The translations under genes were made by a program, and so were the position numbers. A stretch of 64,000 nucleotides of DNA from Burkholderiales bacterium (GTDB taxonomy: Bacteria > Pseudomonadota > Gammaproteobacteria > Burkholderiales > SG8-39). The stretch covers positions 36,025-100,024 of the forward strand of contig JBBRAI010000001.1 in the NCBI GenBank assembly GCA_038206915.1, read 5' to 3'. Shown in pieces: positions 9,055 through 20,308 of the stretch. Under the pieces are notes generated by a model. The model saw nothing but the letters and a program-made list of their open reading frames with translations, did not search any database and had not been told where the DNA came from. The stretch's first letter is position 1. Each line of letters begins with the position of its first letter.

Positions 9055-10371
9055 ATGAAGCTCGCGCCGCGCACGCTGCTGTGGCGCTCCTTCCTGCTGA
9101 TCAGCATCCTGATGGTGATTTCGGCGGCGGCCTGGTTCCAGATCCTGCGCGCCTACGAGCGCGAGCCGCGCGCGCGCCAGGTCGCGCAGACGGTAGTGAG
9201 CGTGGTCAACCTCACGCGCGCGGCGCTGGTAACTGCGGAGGCGGACAAGCGAGGCGAACTGCTGGCCGAGCTGTCTGAAACTGAAGGCGTGCGTGTCTAT
9301 CCAGCCGAACCGGGCGACAAGCTGGCGCCCTCACCCGATACACCCTTCGTGAATATGCTGCATGCGGAGATTCGCCGGCGGTTGGGCGAAGATACGCGCT
9401 TTGCCAGCGGCCTCGGCGGGTTGCGCGGCTTCTTCATCAGCTTTCATATCGACGACGACGAGTACTGGGTAATGATGCAGCGCGAGCGCGTCGAGCGGCC
9501 GTTTCCCTGGCAGTGGCTGGGCTGGACCGGGCTCGCGCTGCTGCTATCGCTGATCGGCGCCTGGCTGATCGTGTCGCGCATCAACCGGCCGCTCAAGGCG
9601 CTCGCGGCCGCCGCAGCCGACATCGGCCAGGGCAGGATGCCCGCGCCGCTGCCGGAATCAGGTCCGGCCGAGATCGAGACGCTGGCGCGCTCGTTCAACC
9701 AGATGTCGCGCGACCTCGCGCGCCTGGACGCCGACCGCGCGCTGATCCTCGCGGGCGTGTCGCACGACTTGCGCACGCCGCTGTCGCGTCTGCGTCTGTC
9801 GACCGAAATGAGCGCCAGCGAAGACAAGGCCGAGATGATCGCGGACATTGCCGAAATGGATTCCATCATCGGCCAGTTTCTCGATTTCGCGCGCGCCGAA
9901 AGCGACGAGCCGGCCGAGCCCACCGACCTCGCCGCGCTGGCGCGCGAGGTGGTGGAGCGCGAGCAGCGCTACGGCAACGCGGTGCAAACCAGGCTGGAGC
10001 CCGTGCCCGAGCAGCCGCTGCGGCGCTTGGGGCTAAAGCGCCTGGTCACCAACCTGGTGGACAACGCGCTTGCCTATGGCGGAAACGAGGTGTGCGTCGC
10101 CACGCGCGCCGAGGGCGGCAGGCTGATCCTCGAAGTGCTCGACCGCGGGCCCGGCATCCCTCCCGAGGAGGTCGAGCGGCTGAAACAGCCGTTTACGCGC
10201 CTGGAGCAGGCGCGCAGCGGCAAGGGCGGCTCGGGCCTGGGTTTGGCGATCGTCGATCGCATCGCGCGCCATCACGGCGGCAGCCTGGAACTGCTCCCGC
10301 GCGAGGGCGGCGGTCTGATTGCACGTGTTACGCTGCCTTTGCGGGAAAGCGCTGCAACACCTGGTAGTTGA
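9055..10371 (+). CDS. envZ: EnvZ-like sensor histidine kinase
   Basis: Two TM segments, a HAMP domain, H-box [16 protein letters not shown]-box LVDNALAYG and G-box [10 protein letters not shown]. It lies immediately downstream of ompR. Confidence 0.85.
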   Translation: MKLAPRTLLWRSFLLISILMVISAAAWFQILRAYEREPRARQVAQTVVSVVNLTRAALVTAEADKRGELLAELSETEGVRVYPAEPGDKLAPSPDTPFVNMLHAEIRRRLGEDTRFASGLGGLRGFFISFHIDDDEYWVMMQRERVERPFPWQWLGWTGLALLLSLIGAWLIVSRINRPLKALAAAAADIGQGRMPAPLPESGPAEIETLARSFNQMSRDLARLDADRALILAGVSHDLRTPLSRLRLSTEMSASEDKAEMIADIAEMDSIIGQFLDFARAESDEPAEPTDLAALAREVVEREQRYGNAVQTRLEPVPEQPLRRLGLKRLVTNLVDNALAYGGNEVCVATRAEGGRLILEVLDRGPGIPPEEVERLKQPFTRLEQARSGKGGSGLGLAIVDRIARHHGGSLELLPREGGGLIARVTLPLRESAATPGS

Positions 10372-10855
10372 CGCGACCTTCGGTTTCGACCGAGCTCACC
10401 AGAGCGAAATCGTTTGCGCTCCACAGTAGCGGACTCCAGCGCGGCGCGCCCTCCAGGCCGGACGCTTTGCGCACCAGCGTCACGTGCGTGACGAAGGGTT
10501 TGCGGTCATAGCGTATGCCGGCCGCATCGAGTCCCGCACGCAGGCCGGAGACCAGCGCGTTTAGCGCCGGCGGTTCTTCGCCCGCGCCGCACCAGAGGAC
10601 GCGATTGTGTTTCCAATAGCCCACCTGATCCAGCGCAAGTCGGATCGGGTCGAAGTGCACTTCCGCCGCGAGAGCGTTCAGCGTTGGAAGCAATGCTGTA
10701 TCGGTGGCGCCGAGGAAGGCCAGCGTAAGGTGGATGTTCTCGCGCCGCATCGCGCGGCCCCTGCCGGCCGCGAGCTTCGCCCACGCGGCGAGCTGCGCCT
10801 GCAGATCGGCATCGGGCCATAGCGCGAAGAACAATCTGAGGCTGGCGCTTTCCAT
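10328..10855 (-). CDS. thpR: RNA 2',3'-cyclic phosphodiesterase (2H family)
   Basis: 175 aa with two HxT motifs (HLTLAFLG and HVTLVR) and N-terminus LRLFFALWP. Confidence 0.85.
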   Translation of the reverse strand: MESASLRLFFALWPDADLQAQLAAWAKLAAGRGRAMRRENIHLTLAFLGATDTALLPTLNALAAEVHFDPIRLALDQVGYWKHNRVLWCGAGEEPPALNALVSGLRAGLDAAGIRYDRKPFVTHVTLVRKASGLEGAPRWSPLLWSANDFALVSSVETEGRVNYQVLQRFPAKAA

Positions 10856-10919
10856 GTGGACATCTCACGTAGCGCAGGCGAGGGCGCCTGCGCTACAAGA
10901 CACCTGCCGCAACACCCGC

Positions 10920-12137
10920 TCAAGTGGTCAGACGGCGGAATACCAGGCAGGCGTTGGTGCCGCCGAAGCCAAAGCTGTTCGACATCACCGTGTTGAGTCC
11001 GGCGGCGTCGACACGCTCGCGCACGATCGGCATGCCCTCGCCCGAAGGGTCCAGGGTCTCGATGTTGGCCGAGGCGCAGACGAAATCGTGCTCCAGCATC
11101 AGCAGCGAATAGATCACCTCGGTGACCCCCGCCGCGCCCTGCGCGTGACCGGTGAGCGATTTGGTCGAGCTGATCAGCGGCATGTTCGCGCCAAACACCG
11201 CGCGCACCGCCTCCAGCTCCTTCGGGTCGCCGACCGGCGTGCTGGTGCCGTGGGTGTTGAGGTAATCGACCGGCGTGTCCACGCCGGCGAGCGCCATGCG
11301 CATGCAGCGTACCGCGCCCTCGCCCGAAGGCTGCACCATATCGAAGCCGTCGGAGGTCGCGCCATAGCCGACGAGCTCGGCATAGATCTTCGCGCCGCGC
11401 GCGCGCGCATGCTCGAGTTCTTCCAGCACCACCACGCCGCCGCCGCCGGATACGACGAATCCGTCGCGGTCGGCGTCGTAGGCGCGCGAGGCGCGCGTCG
11501 GCGTGTCGTTGTACTTCGAGGACAGCGCGCCCATGGCGTCGAACAGCATGGATAGGTTCGGATGCACCTCTTCGCCGCCGCCGGCGAAGACGATGTCCTG
11601 CTTGCCCCACTGGATCTGCTCGAAGGCGTTGCCGATGCAATGCGCGCTGGTGGAGCAGGCCGAGCTGATCGAGTAGTTCATGCCCTTGATCTTGAACGGC
11701 GTCGCGAGGCAGGCCGAGGTGGTGCTCGACATGCAGCGCGGCACCATGTAAGGCCCGATGCGCTTCACGCCCCTGGAGCGCGCGATGTCGGCCGCTTCGA
11801 CCTGGTTCTCCGGCGAACCGCCGCCGGAGCCGACGATCAGTCCGGTGCGCTCGTGCGACACCATGTCCTCGGGCAGGCCGGCGTCGGCAATCGCCTGGCT
11901 CATCGCGATGTAGGTAAATGCGGCTGCGTCGCCCATGAAGCGCAGCAGCTTGCGTTCGATTAATTCTTCCGTCTTCACCCGCACCGGGCCGTGCACCTGC
12001 GAACGAAAACCCAGCCTCTGGTACTCGGGGGCGAATTCGATGCCGCTGCGGCCGTCGCGCAGCGCGGCCAGCACCTCACCCTTGTTGGTGCCGATGCTGG
12101 AGACTATGCCCAATCCGGTGACGACGACGCGACGCAT
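10920..12137 (-). CDS. fabB: beta-ketoacyl-ACP synthase I
   Basis: 405 aa, [16 protein letters not shown].., active-site [16 protein letters not shown]-terminus [10 protein letters not shown]. Adjacent to fabA. Confidence 0.9.
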   Translation of the reverse strand: MRRVVVTGLGIVSSIGTNKGEVLAALRDGRSGIEFAPEYQRLGFRSQVHGPVRVKTEELIERKLLRFMGDAAAFTYIAMSQAIADAGLPEDMVSHERTGLIVGSGGGSPENQVEAADIARSRGVKRIGPYMVPRCMSSTTSACLATPFKIKGMNYSISSACSTSAHCIGNAFEQIQWGKQDIVFAGGGEEVHPNLSMLFDAMGALSSKYNDTPTRASRAYDADRDGFVVSGGGGVVVLEELEHARARGAKIYAELVGYGATSDGFDMVQPSGEGAVRCMRMALAGVDTPVDYLNTHGTSTPVGDPKELEAVRAVFGANMPLISSTKSLTGHAQGAAGVTEVIYSLLMLEHDFVCASANIETLDPSGEGMPIVRERVDAAGLNTVMSNSFGFGGTNACLVFRRLTT

Positions 12138-12146
12138 GGCGCTGTC

Positions 12147-12662
12147 CTAAAACCCTTCGGTGGAGGTGAACAATCCCACCTGCAGGTCCTTGCCCGCATA
12201 GATGTCGCGGCCATCGACCTCCATGGCGGCGTCTGCGATACCCATCACCAGCTTGCGCAGAATCACGCGCTTCATGCTGACGCGGTAGGTGATTTTCTTC
12301 GCGCTCGGCAGCACCTGGCCGCTGAATTTGACTTCGCCGCAGCCAAGCGCGCGCCCGCGCCCCTTGCCGCCCATCCAGCCCAGGTAAAAACCGATCAGCT
12401 GCCACATCGCATCCAGCCCGAGACAACCCGGCATCACCGGGTCACCCTGGAAATGGCAGCCGAAAAACCACAGCTCCGGGCGGATATCGAGTTCAGCGAC
12501 GACTTCGCCCTTGCCGTAGACGCCGCCTTTCTCGCTGATGTAGATGACGCGGTCGAACATAAGCATCGGCGGCAGGGGCAGTTGCGCGTTGCCGGCGCCG
12601 AACATCTCCCCGCGCCCGCAGGCGAGAAGTTGCTCATGGTTGAAACTGGATTTCTTGGTCAA
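12147..12662 (-). CDS. fabA: 3-hydroxydecanoyl-ACP dehydratase/isomerase
   Basis: Tail of ORF 12147..13130. A TTG start at 12662 with a GAGGAAG SD gives 171 aa ([22 protein letters not shown]..), matching the usual FabA length. Active-site [24 protein letters not shown]. An alternative ATG lies at 12716. Confidence 0.88.
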   Translation of the reverse strand: MTKKSSFNHEQLLACGRGEMFGAGNAQLPLPPMLMFDRVIYISEKGGVYGKGEVVAELDIRPELWFFGCHFQGDPVMPGCLGLDAMWQLIGFYLGWMGGKGRGRALGCGEVKFSGQVLPSAKKITYRVSMKRVILRKLVMGIADAAMEVDGRDIYAGKDLQVGLFTSTEGF

Positions 12663-12784
12663 AACGCTTGCTTCCTCAGAAAATGCCGGGACGGTGCGGG
12701 CGGCACGCGCAATCATGGATGTAGCAAGTATAAATGCTTTTTCGCGGGCGAAGCTGCGAGACGCATGCTGCGGTACGTTTCGGC

Positions 12785-13261
12785 TCACACCGCCCAGTTC
12801 AGCAACACCGCCGCCTGCGCTGCGATGCCATCGCCGCGGCCAGTGAATCCCAGGCCCTCGGTGGTGGTCGCCTTGATGTTGATCTGGCCGCGCGACAGGC
12901 CGAGGTCGGCGGCGATGTTGTTCACCATTGCCGGAATGTGCGGCGCCATCTTCGGCGCCTGGGCGATGATGGTGGCGTCCAGATTGACGATGCGGTAGCC
13001 CGCGTCCTGCACCAGCGCGCTCACCGCGCGCAGCAGCACGCGGCTGTCGGCATCCTTGTAGCGCGCATCGGTGTCCGGAAAATGCGCGCCGATGTCGCCC
13101 ATGGCGGCGGCGCCCAGCAGCGCGTCGCACAGCGCATGCAGCAGCACGTCGGCGTCCGAATGCCCGTCCAGGCCTTTGTCGTAGGCAATGTCCACCCCGC
13201 CGACGATCAGCCTGCGCCCGGGCACGAGGGCGTGAACGTCGAATCCCTGCCCTATTCTCAT
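12785..13261 (-). CDS. ispF: 2-C-methyl-D-erythritol 2,4-cyclodiphosphate synthase
   Basis: [12 protein letters not shown].., [11 protein letters not shown], 158 aa. It overlaps the ispD stop by 4 nt. Confidence 0.95.
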   Translation of the reverse strand: MRIGQGFDVHALVPGRRLIVGGVDIAYDKGLDGHSDADVLLHALCDALLGAAAMGDIGAHFPDTDARYKDADSRVLLRAVSALVQDAGYRIVNLDATIIAQAPKMAPHIPAMVNNIAADLGLSRGQINIKATTTEGLGFTGRGDGIAAQAAVLLNWAV

Positions 13262-13959
13262 GCCTGTGCCTCCCGGCTCGTGAGGATGGTCTGTGCCAGC
13301 TGCAGGTCCTCCGGATACGTAACCTTCAAGTTCGCCGCCGAGCCCTGCACCAGCTTCGGCTTCAGCCCCAGCGCCTCGACCGCCCCGGCTTCGTCGCTAA
13401 ATCGGGCCGTGCGTCCCAGCGCATCCAGCAGCAGTCCGTGGCGGAACATCTGCGGCGTCTGCGCCTGCCACAGTTGCTCGCGCGCCTCGGTCGCCTGAAT
13501 GCGGCCGGCGGCGTCGGCGCGCTTGAGCGTATCGGCCACCGGCACCGCGAGTATACCGCCGACCTCGTCTGCCTCGAGCGTGTCGAGCATGCGCCGCAGT
13601 TCGCGCGGCGCGAGGCAGGGCCGCGCCGCATCGTGCACCAGCATCCAGTCGTCGGATTCGACCGCGGAGGACGCCGCTACCAGTCCGTTGAGCACGCTGT
13701 CGTGCCGCGTCGCGCCGCCGCAGTACAGCGGCGCGACGCGCGCGCCGAACTCATCCCAGCAATGCTGCTTGAACGCATCGTCCGCCGGCGCGAGCACGAC
13801 GAACACCGTGTCTATCCTGACGTCCGCGAGCAGCGCCTTCACGCTGTAATGGAGCATCGGCCGCCCGAGCAGTTCCAGGTATTGTTTGGGTGCGGCCCGG
13901 CCCATGCGCTCGCCCGCGCCGGCCGCCGGAACCAGACCGAAAAATCGCTCGGACGTCAT
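13258..13959 (-). CDS. ispD: 2-C-methyl-D-erythritol 4-phosphate cytidylyltransferase
   Basis: C-terminal 233 aa of the long ORF 13258..16068, starting at [20 protein letters not shown] (P-loop-like motif). ATG at 13959. Confidence 0.9.
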   Translation of the reverse strand: MTSERFFGLVPAAGAGERMGRAAPKQYLELLGRPMLHYSVKALLADVRIDTVFVVLAPADDAFKQHCWDEFGARVAPLYCGGATRHDSVLNGLVAASSAVESDDWMLVHDAARPCLAPRELRRMLDTLEADEVGGILAVPVADTLKRADAAGRIQATEAREQLWQAQTPQMFRHGLLLDALGRTARFSDEAGAVEALGLKPKLVQGSAANLKVTYPEDLQLAQTILTSREAQA

Positions 13960-14085
13960 TGTTTTTTCATAATAATTTCCTGACGAAGCCGTTATAATAC
14001 AGCTTAGTGAAACTATGATGTCAGCCGAATCGCTACTCCCAGGGCAGCGCCGCGCATGGCCTAGCCCGCGGCCTACTTTTTCCCG

Positions 14086-17000
14086 ATGACTGCCGACCCG
14101 ACGCGAACGCCGCACAAGCGCCGCTATACCCAGCTGCATGGCTCGGCCGATGCGCTGGCGCTCGCGCGCCTGGCGCAGCAGACCAAGCCGTTGATCGTGC
14201 TGTGCGCCTCGGCACTGGATGCGCAGCGCCTGCTGGAGGAAATTCCCTATTTCGCGCCAGGGCTCACGGTGAACCTGCTGCCGGACTGGGAAACGCTGCC
14301 CTATGACAGCTTCTCGCCGCACCACGACCTGATCTCCGAGCGCCTCGCCACGCTCTACGCAATCACGCGCGGCAGCTGCGACCTGACGCTGATCCCGGCG
14401 AGCACTGCGCTTTACCGCCTCGCGCCGCCGTCCTATCTCGCCGCCTATACCTTCTTTCTCAAGCAGGACGAAAAATTCAGCCTGCCGCAGCTGCGCGAAC
14501 AATTGACGCTCGCCGGCTACAGCCACGTCACCCAGGTGGTGGCGCCGGGGGAATACTGCGTGCGCGGCGGACTGATCGACCTGTTCCCGATGGGCAGCGC
14601 CCTGCCCTACCGCATCGACCTGCTCGACGAGGAGATCGAGTCGATCCGCACTTTCGACGTGGATACGCAGCGCACCATCTACAAGGTGAACGAAGTGCGC
14701 CTGCTGCCTGCGCGCGAATTTCCGCTGGACGAAGCCGGCAGGACGCGCTTTCGCGCGCGCTTTCGCGAAACCTTCGAGGGCGACCCCTCGCGCAGCAACA
14801 TCTACAAGGACGTGAGCAACGGCATCGCGCCGGCCGGCATCGAATACTACCTGCCGCTTTTCTTCGAGCACACCGCGACCATTTTCGACTACCTGCCCGC
14901 CCAAGCCACGCTGTGCCTGCACCGCGACGTCGCCGCGGGCATAGACGCGTTCTGGAAGGACACTCTGTCGCGCTATCAGCTGCTGCGCGGGGACCGCACG
15001 CAGCCGCTGCTCTCGCCGGTGGACATGTTCGTGCCGGCGGAGGAATTCTTCGTCGCCGCGAAAAACTACGCGCGCATCGACATCTCCGCGCCCGGGGAAG
15101 CCGGCGGCGCGCCCGGCGGTGAAATTGTCGCCACCGCGCTGCCGCCGCTCGCGGTCGAGCGCCGCGCCGCCGATCCGCTGACGCGGCTGAAGGCGTTCCT
15201 CGTCGGCACCGGCGCGCGCGTGCTGCTGCTCGCCGAATCCGCGGGCCGGCGCGAAACCATGAGTCAGTATCTGGCCGAATACGGCGTGCTGCCTGCGCCC
15301 TGCGCCAGCTACGCGGAGTTTCTCGCCTCCGGCGCGCGCTGCATGCTCGGCACGGCGCCGCTGTTCAACGGCTTCACGCTCGAAGCCGAAAATCTCTGCG
15401 TGGTCACCGAGGCCGAACTCTACGCCGGCACGGTGCGCAGCGGCCGCCGCGCAGAGACGCGCGCGACTTCGGTCGAGGGCATGGTGCGCGACCTGTCGGA
15501 GCTGCGCATCGGCGACCCGGTGGTGCATGCCCAGCATGGCATCGGCCGCTATCTCGGTTTGGTCAATCTCGACCTCGGCGAGGGCGAAACCGAATTCCTG
15601 CACCTGGAATATGCCGGACACGACAAGCTCTACGTGCCGGTGGCGCAGCTGCATCTGATCAGCCGCTACAGCGGCATGGCGCCGGAGCAGGCGCCGCTGC
15701 ACAAGCTGGGCAGCGGCGACTGGGATCGCGCCAAGAAGAAAGCCGCGGCGCAGATTCGCGACACCGCCGCCGAACTGCTCGAACTTTACGCGCGGCGCGC
15801 GGCGCGCGAAGGGCACAAGTTCGAAATCAAGCAGCACGACCTGGACGCGTTCTCCGAGGGTTTCGGATTCGAGGAGACGCCGGACCAGGCGGGGGCGATC
15901 CGCGCCGTGGTCGAGGACATGCGTTCGGGCAAGCCCATGGACCGCCTGATCTGCGGCGATGTCGGCTTCGGCAAGACCGAGGTCGCGCTGCGCGCCGCCT
16001 TCGTCGCGGTCTGCGGCGGCAAGCAGGTTGCCATCCTCACGCCGACCACGCTGCTGGCCGAGCAGCACTTCCAGACCTTCTCCGACCGCTTCGCGCAGAT
16101 CGCCGACGAGTGGCCGATCAAGGTCGCCCAGTTATCGCGCTTTCGCAGCGCGAAGGAGCAGACGCAGAGTGTGAAGGCCCTTGCCGACGGCTCGGTCGAC
16201 GTCGCCATCGGCACGCACAAGCTGCTGCAGCGCGGTATCAAGTTCGCACGCCTCGGGCTGGTGATCATCGACGAGGAGCATCGCTTCGGCGTGCGCCAGA
16301 AAGAAGTGCTGAAGGCGCTGCGCGCCGAAGTGGACGTGCTCACGCTCACCGCGACGCCGATTCCGCGCACCCTGGCGATGTCGCTCGAGGGCCTGCGCGA
16401 TTTCTCGGTGATCGCGACCGCGCCGCAGAAGCGCCTCGCGATCAAGACTTTCGTCAGCCGCGAAAGCGCCGGCGTGATCCGCGAAGCGGTGCTGCGCGAA
16501 CTCAAGCGCGGCGGGCAGATTTACTTCCTGCACAATGAAGTGCAGACCATAGAGAACATGCACGCCAAGCTCGCCAAGCTGGTACCCGAGGCGCGCATCG
16601 TGGTCGCGCACGGCCAGATGCGCGAGCGCGAGCTGGAGCGCGCGATGCGCGAATTCCACCAGCAGCGCTACAACCTGCTGCTTTGCACCACCATCATCGA
16701 GACCGGCATCGACATTCCGACCGCCAACACCATGCTGATCAACCGCGCCGATAAGTTCGGCCTGGCGCAGCTGCACCAGCTGCGCGGCCGCGTCGGGCGT
16801 TCGCACCACCAGGCCTACGCCTATCTGCTCACCCACGGCGAGGAAACGCTGTCGGCGCAGGCGAAGAAGCGCCTCGAGGCGATCCAGATGATGGACGAGC
16901 TCGGCGCGGGCTTCTTCCTCGCGATGCACGACCTGGAGATCCGCGGCGCGGGCGAAGTGCTGGGCGAATCGCAGTCCGGGGAAATGCAGGAAATCGGATT

Positions 17001-17568
17001 TAATCTCTATGCCGACATGCTCAACCACGCGGTGCGCTCGCTCAAGGCCGGGCGCGAGCCGGACCTGTCGGCGCCGCTGTCGATCACCACCGAAATCAAC
17101 CTGCACCTGCCGGCGCTGCTGCCAAACGACTATTGCAGCGACGTGCACGAGCGCCTGACGCTGTACAAGCGCCTCGCCAACTGCGATACCGCGGAGCAGC
17201 TCGACCGCATGCAGGAAGAGCTGATCGACCGCTTCGGCCCCGCGCCCGATGCGGCGCAGGCGCTGATCGAAACGCACCGCCTGCGCGTGGCCGCGCTCGC
17301 CCTGGGCGTGGCGCGCATCGACGCCAGCGGCGATGCGATTGCGCTGCAATTCATCGACAAGCCGCCGCTGGACGGCGCGCGCTTCATGCAGCTGCTGCAG
17401 CGCCAGCGCCACTGGAAACTGTCCGGCCCGAGCAAGCTGCGCGCGCAAACGCCGAGCGAAGGCCTGGCGCCGCGCGCGCGCGCAGTGAAGGAGTTGCTCA
17501 GGACGCTGCATTCGGCGCTGCCGCCAGTGCCGGCCGAAGCGGCACGCGCCGTAGCGGGTGCGGCATGA
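14086..17568 (+). CDS. mfd: transcription-repair coupling factor
   Basis: 1160 aa. GDVGFGKTEVALRAAF Walker A, the DEEHRFG box, and CarD-like and TRG motifs. Confidence 0.95.
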   Translation: MTADPTRTPHKRRYTQLHGSADALALARLAQQTKPLIVLCASALDAQRLLEEIPYFAPGLTVNLLPDWETLPYDSFSPHHDLISERLATLYAITRGSCDLTLIPASTALYRLAPPSYLAAYTFFLKQDEKFSLPQLREQLTLAGYSHVTQVVAPGEYCVRGGLIDLFPMGSALPYRIDLLDEEIESIRTFDVDTQRTIYKVNEVRLLPAREFPLDEAGRTRFRARFRETFEGDPSRSNIYKDVSNGIAPAGIEYYLPLFFEHTATIFDYLPAQATLCLHRDVAAGIDAFWKDTLSRYQLLRGDRTQPLLSPVDMFVPAEEFFVAAKNYARIDISAPGEAGGAPGGEIVATALPPLAVERRAADPLTRLKAFLVGTGARVLLLAESAGRRETMSQYLAEYGVLPAPCASYAEFLASGARCMLGTAPLFNGFTLEAENLCVVTEAELYAGTVRSGRRAETRATSVEGMVRDLSELRIGDPVVHAQHGIGRYLGLVNLDLGEGETEFLHLEYAGHDKLYVPVAQLHLISRYSGMAPEQAPLHKLGSGDWDRAKKKAAAQIRDTAAELLELYARRAAREGHKFEIKQHDLDAFSEGFGFEETPDQAGAIRAVVEDMRSGKPMDRLICGDVGFGKTEVALRAAFVAVCGGKQVAILTPTTLLAEQHFQTFSDRFAQIADEWPIKVAQLSRFRSAKEQTQSVKALADGSVDVAIGTHKLLQRGIKFARLGLVIIDEEHRFGVRQKEVLKALRAEVDVLTLTATPIPRTLAMSLEGLRDFSVIATAPQKRLAIKTFVSRESAGVIREAVLRELKRGGQIYFLHNEVQTIENMHAKLAKLVPEARIVVAHGQMRERELERAMREFHQQRYNLLLCTTIIETGIDIPTANTMLINRADKFGLAQLHQLRGRVGRSHHQAYAYLLTHGEETLSAQAKKRLEAIQMMDELGAGFFLAMHDLEIRGAGEVLGESQSGEMQEIGFNLYADMLNHAVRSLKAGREPDLSAPLSITTEINLHLPALLPNDYCSDVHERLTLYKRLANCDTAEQLDRMQEELIDRFGPAPDAAQALIETHRLRVAALALGVARIDASGDAIALQFIDKPPLDGARFMQLLQRQRHWKLSGPSKLRAQTPSEGLAPRARAVKELLRTLHSALPPVPAEAARAVAGAA

Positions 17569-18395
17569 TTCTCGTGATCCAGGGGGCCGCCCTCGCCGAC
17601 GCAGACGTGGGGCACCTGGCGGCATTGAGCGGCGCGTCGCGCACCGAGCGCCTGGGCAACTCGGCCTGCCGGCTTTACGGCGCGCGCCAGAATACGGAAA
17701 TCGCCGCCTACTGCACGCGTGCCAGATTGGACTTCGGCTTCGTGCCGGAGGCGCGCAGGCTCGCGGACATGCGCCTGCTCGCGATCGACATGGATTCCAC
17801 CCTGATCACCATCGAGTGCATCGACGAAGTCGCCGACCTCGCCGGGGTCAAGGCCGAGGTGTCGGCGATCACCGCCGCCGCGATGGCGGGAGAAATGGAC
17901 TATGCGCAAAGCCTGCAGCGCCGCGTCGCCCTGCTGCAGGGTGTGGATCAGCGCGCGCTGGCGCGCGTGTACGACGAGCGCCTGAGCCTGTCCCCCGGCG
18001 CCGAGTCCCTGCTCGCCGCGGCGCGCCGCGCCGGCATGAAGACGCTGCTGGTGTCGGGCGGCTTCAGTTTCTTTACCGAACGCCTGAAAGCGCGGCTGGG
18101 CCTGGACTACAGCATCTCGAACGAACTGGAGATCGCGGACGGCCGGCTCAGCGGCAGGGTGATCGGGCGCATCGTCGACGCGCAGGCGAAGGCGGCGAAA
18201 CTGCGCGTGCTACGCGACGAATTCGGCATCGCAAAGGCGGCGGTCATCGCCATAGGCGACGGCGCGAACGACCTGCCGATGATGGCCGAAGCCGGCGTGT
18301 CCATCGCATACCACGCCAAGGCGATGGCGCGAAACAAGGCCGACTATGCGCTGGATTACTGCGGCCTGGACGGGGTGTTGAACCTGTTCGCCTGA
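17565..18395 (+). CDS. serB: phosphoserine phosphatase
   Basis: Starts at MILVIQG, with an ATGA overlap on the mfd stop. HAD motifs IDMDSTLI, LVSGGF and GDGANDLPM. Confidence 0.9.
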   Translation: MILVIQGAALADADVGHLAALSGASRTERLGNSACRLYGARQNTEIAAYCTRARLDFGFVPEARRLADMRLLAIDMDSTLITIECIDEVADLAGVKAEVSAITAAAMAGEMDYAQSLQRRVALLQGVDQRALARVYDERLSLSPGAESLLAAARRAGMKTLLVSGGFSFFTERLKARLGLDYSISNELEIADGRLSGRVIGRIVDAQAKAAKLRVLRDEFGIAKAAVIAIGDGANDLPMMAEAGVSIAYHAKAMARNKADYALDYCGLDGVLNLFA

Positions 18396-18417
18396 ACGGC
18401 GTTGAAGGAGGCTGGCA

Positions 18418-18434
18418 AGGGGGCGGATCCCCCT
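18418..18434. terminator. GC hairpin between convergent serB and iscA (AGGGGG-cggat-CCCCCT)
   Basis: 6-bp G/C stem in the 51-bp gap between convergent genes. It belongs to the G5/C5 hairpin family also seen at 40371-40385 and 51241-51259. No U-tract. Confidence 0.35.
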
Positions 18435-18446
18435 GTCCGGCAAATA

Positions 18447-18770
18447 CTAGACGTTAAAGCTTTCGCCGCAGCCGCACTGGTCCTTCACGTTCGGATTGTT
18501 GAACTTGAAGCTTTCGTTCAGGCCTTCGCGCGCGAAATCGAGTTCCATGCCTTCCAGCAGCGGCAGGCTTTTCGGATCCACGATCAGCTTCACGCCATGG
18601 CATTCGAACATGACGTCATCCGGATTGACGCTATCGGCGTACTCCAGTTTGTAGGCGAAACCGGAACAGCCGCTGGTGCGCACACCCAAGCGCAATCCGA
18701 CACCCTTGCCGCGCTTGGCGATGTGGCTGGTGACGTGTCTGGCGGCTTTTTCAGTCAATGTGACGGGCAT
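18447..18770 (-). CDS. iscA: A-type iron-sulfur cluster carrier
   Basis: 107 aa, [16 protein letters not shown].. and C-terminal CGCGESFNV. Near-collinear with the recalled E. coli IscA. Confidence 0.88.
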   Translation of the reverse strand: MPVTLTEKAARHVTSHIAKRGKGVGLRLGVRTSGCSGFAYKLEYADSVNPDDVMFECHGVKLIVDPKSLPLLEGMELDFAREGLNESFKFNNPNVKDQCGCGESFNV

Positions 18771-18815
18771 CTCAACCTCGTGTAATTTCGTTTCCGCTTC
18801 GAACCTGCCAGCGCC

Positions 18816-19295
18816 TCAGACCGGGAGCGATATGACTTTTCGCGCGGCCGTGGTGCGCCGGTCCATGATCACGGCCACGTTGCCATCCTTCGCCTGCTGC
18901 TCGTTCACCAGGTCCTGCAGGGTGACGGAATTCAGGTACTCGTACAGCTTGTCGTTCAGCGTAGCCCACAGATTGTGGGTCATGCAGCGCTTGTCTTCCT
19001 GGCAGTTTTCCAGGCCGCCGCACTGCGTCGCGTCAAGTGGTTCGTCCACGGCGAGAATTATGTCGGCCACCGTCACCTTTTCCGTCGGTAGCGCCAGGTT
19101 GTAACCGCCGCCCGGGCCGCGCACGCTTTCGACCAGGTTGTGCCGGCGCAGCTTGCCGAAGAGTTGTTCGAGATAGGACAGCGAAATGCTTTGGCGCGCG
19201 CCGATGCCGGCCAGCGTTACCGGTCCGTGTTGGTGGCGCAGCGCCAGATCTAGCATGGCGGTTACCGCGAAGCGGCCTTTGGTCGTCAGTCTCAT
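18816..19295 (-). CDS. iscR: Rrf2-family Fe-S cluster regulator IscR
   Basis: Start trimmed to MRLTTKGRFAVTAMLDLAL. Cluster ligands are spaced C-x5-C-x5-C-x2-H (QCGGLENCQEDKRCMTH), exactly as in IscR. Confidence 0.9.
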   Translation of the reverse strand: MRLTTKGRFAVTAMLDLALRHQHGPVTLAGIGARQSISLSYLEQLFGKLRRHNLVESVRGPGGGYNLALPTEKVTVADIILAVDEPLDATQCGGLENCQEDKRCMTHNLWATLNDKLYEYLNSVTLQDLVNEQQAKDGNVAVIMDRRTTAARKVISLPV

Positions 19296-19313
19296 CGATT
19301 CGTCTCCGGCTGA

Positions 19314-19338
19314 ATACCCGATAAGGAGAGTCAAGTAT
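19314..19338. promoter_or_regulatory. IscR type-1-like box (weaker) overlapping the iscR leader
   Basis: atacccgataaggagagtcaagtat matches about 20/25 of the recalled consensus ATASYYGACTRWWWYAGTCRRSTAT. Confidence 0.4.
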
Positions 19339-19342
19339 AGCC

Positions 19343-19367
19343 AAACCCGACTGATTTGGTCAACTAT
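19343..19367. promoter_or_regulatory. IscR type-1-like box upstream of iscR (autoregulation)
   Basis: Minus-strand ATAGTTGACCAAATCAGTCGGGTTT matches about 23/25 of the type-1 consensus. It lies 48-72 nt upstream of the iscR start. Confidence 0.6.
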
Positions 19368-19380
19368 TAGCCGAAATCAA

Positions 19381-20139
19381 TCATTTATCCGCCGCGCGGC
19401 GCGGCCTGCCGGGCGCAAAACGATCCGCAACGGCCAAATCGTCTTCGGTGCGCAGCTTGAGCGATTCGATTTCCTGCTGCAGTTGTTCCAGGCGATGATC
19501 CTGTTCCATCGAGTGGTCGAGCAGGCCCTGCAGCGCCTTGGCGAATGGATCGTCGGTGGCTTTCGCGGTGACGGCATAGGCGGAAAAGCCCAATTTGGCC
19601 GCCTTTTCCTCGCGCGACTTGTCCTGCTCGTCGAGGATGAAGCGCGCCGGTATCCCGACCGCAGAGGCGCCCGGCGGGACGTCTTTCACCACCACGGCGT
19701 TGGAGCCGATTTTCGCCCCCTCGCCTACGATTATCGGGCCGAGGATCTTGGCGCCGGCGCCGACGACCACGCCGTTTCTGAGCGTCGGATGGCGCTTGCC
19801 CTTGTTCCAGGACGTGCCGCCGAGGGTCACGCCGTGATACAGCGTGACATCGTCGCCTATCTCGGCGGTCTCCCCGATGACCACGCCCATGCCGTGGTCG
19901 ATGAAGAAGCGCCGCCCAATGGTTGCGCCCGGATGGATCTCGATGCCGGTCAGCCAGCGGCCCATGTTCGAGATCCAACGACCCAGCCAGCGCAGGTTCA
20001 TGCGCCACAGCCAATTGGCGACGCGGTGAATGCGCAGCGCGTGAAACCCCGGGTAGCAGGTCAGGACTTCCCAGGTGGTGCGTGCCGCGGGGTCGCGGTC
20101 GAAGACGCTGGCTATATCTTCTCGGATGCGGTTGAACAT
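19381..20139 (-). CDS. cysE: serine O-acetyltransferase
   Basis: 252 aa. N-terminus [19 protein letters not shown], hexapeptide region [41 protein letters not shown]. Confidence 0.9.
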   Translation of the reverse strand: MFNRIREDIASVFDRDPAARTTWEVLTCYPGFHALRIHRVANWLWRMNLRWLGRWISNMGRWLTGIEIHPGATIGRRFFIDHGMGVVIGETAEIGDDVTLYHGVTLGGTSWNKGKRHPTLRNGVVVGAGAKILGPIIVGEGAKIGSNAVVVKDVPPGASAVGIPARFILDEQDKSREEKAAKLGFSAYAVTAKATDDPFAKALQGLLDHSMEQDHRLEQLQQEIESLKLRTEDDLAVADRFAPGRPRRAADK

Positions 20140-20283
20140 AAGCGTGCCTGGGAATTACCCAGTCTCCGGTACGATTTGGTGCAAATTCATTATTAATATT
20201 TATGATTAACTAGATTCACCAACATAATGTTTTAATGTGAATAAGTTGATACAAAAACCCTCCGACCTACGCTTTATCTTACT

Positions 20284-20308
20284 AATCCCTAGTGTTTTAG
20301 TCAAGTAT
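20284..20308. promoter_or_regulatory. possible IscR type-1-like box at the trmJ/cysE junction
   Basis: aatccctagtgttttagtcaagtat matches about 21/25 and shares the AGTCAAGTAT half-site with the iscR and sufB boxes. It overlaps the trmJ stop codon. Confidence 0.35.

Noticed and set aside
13960-16068. The upstream ~700 codons of the 936-aa minus-strand ORF 13258..16068
   Set aside because: Only the last 233 aa (IspD) are recognisable. The rest is antisense to mfd, is Arg/Ala/Gly-rich, and is typical of a stop-free shadow frame in GC-rich DNA.
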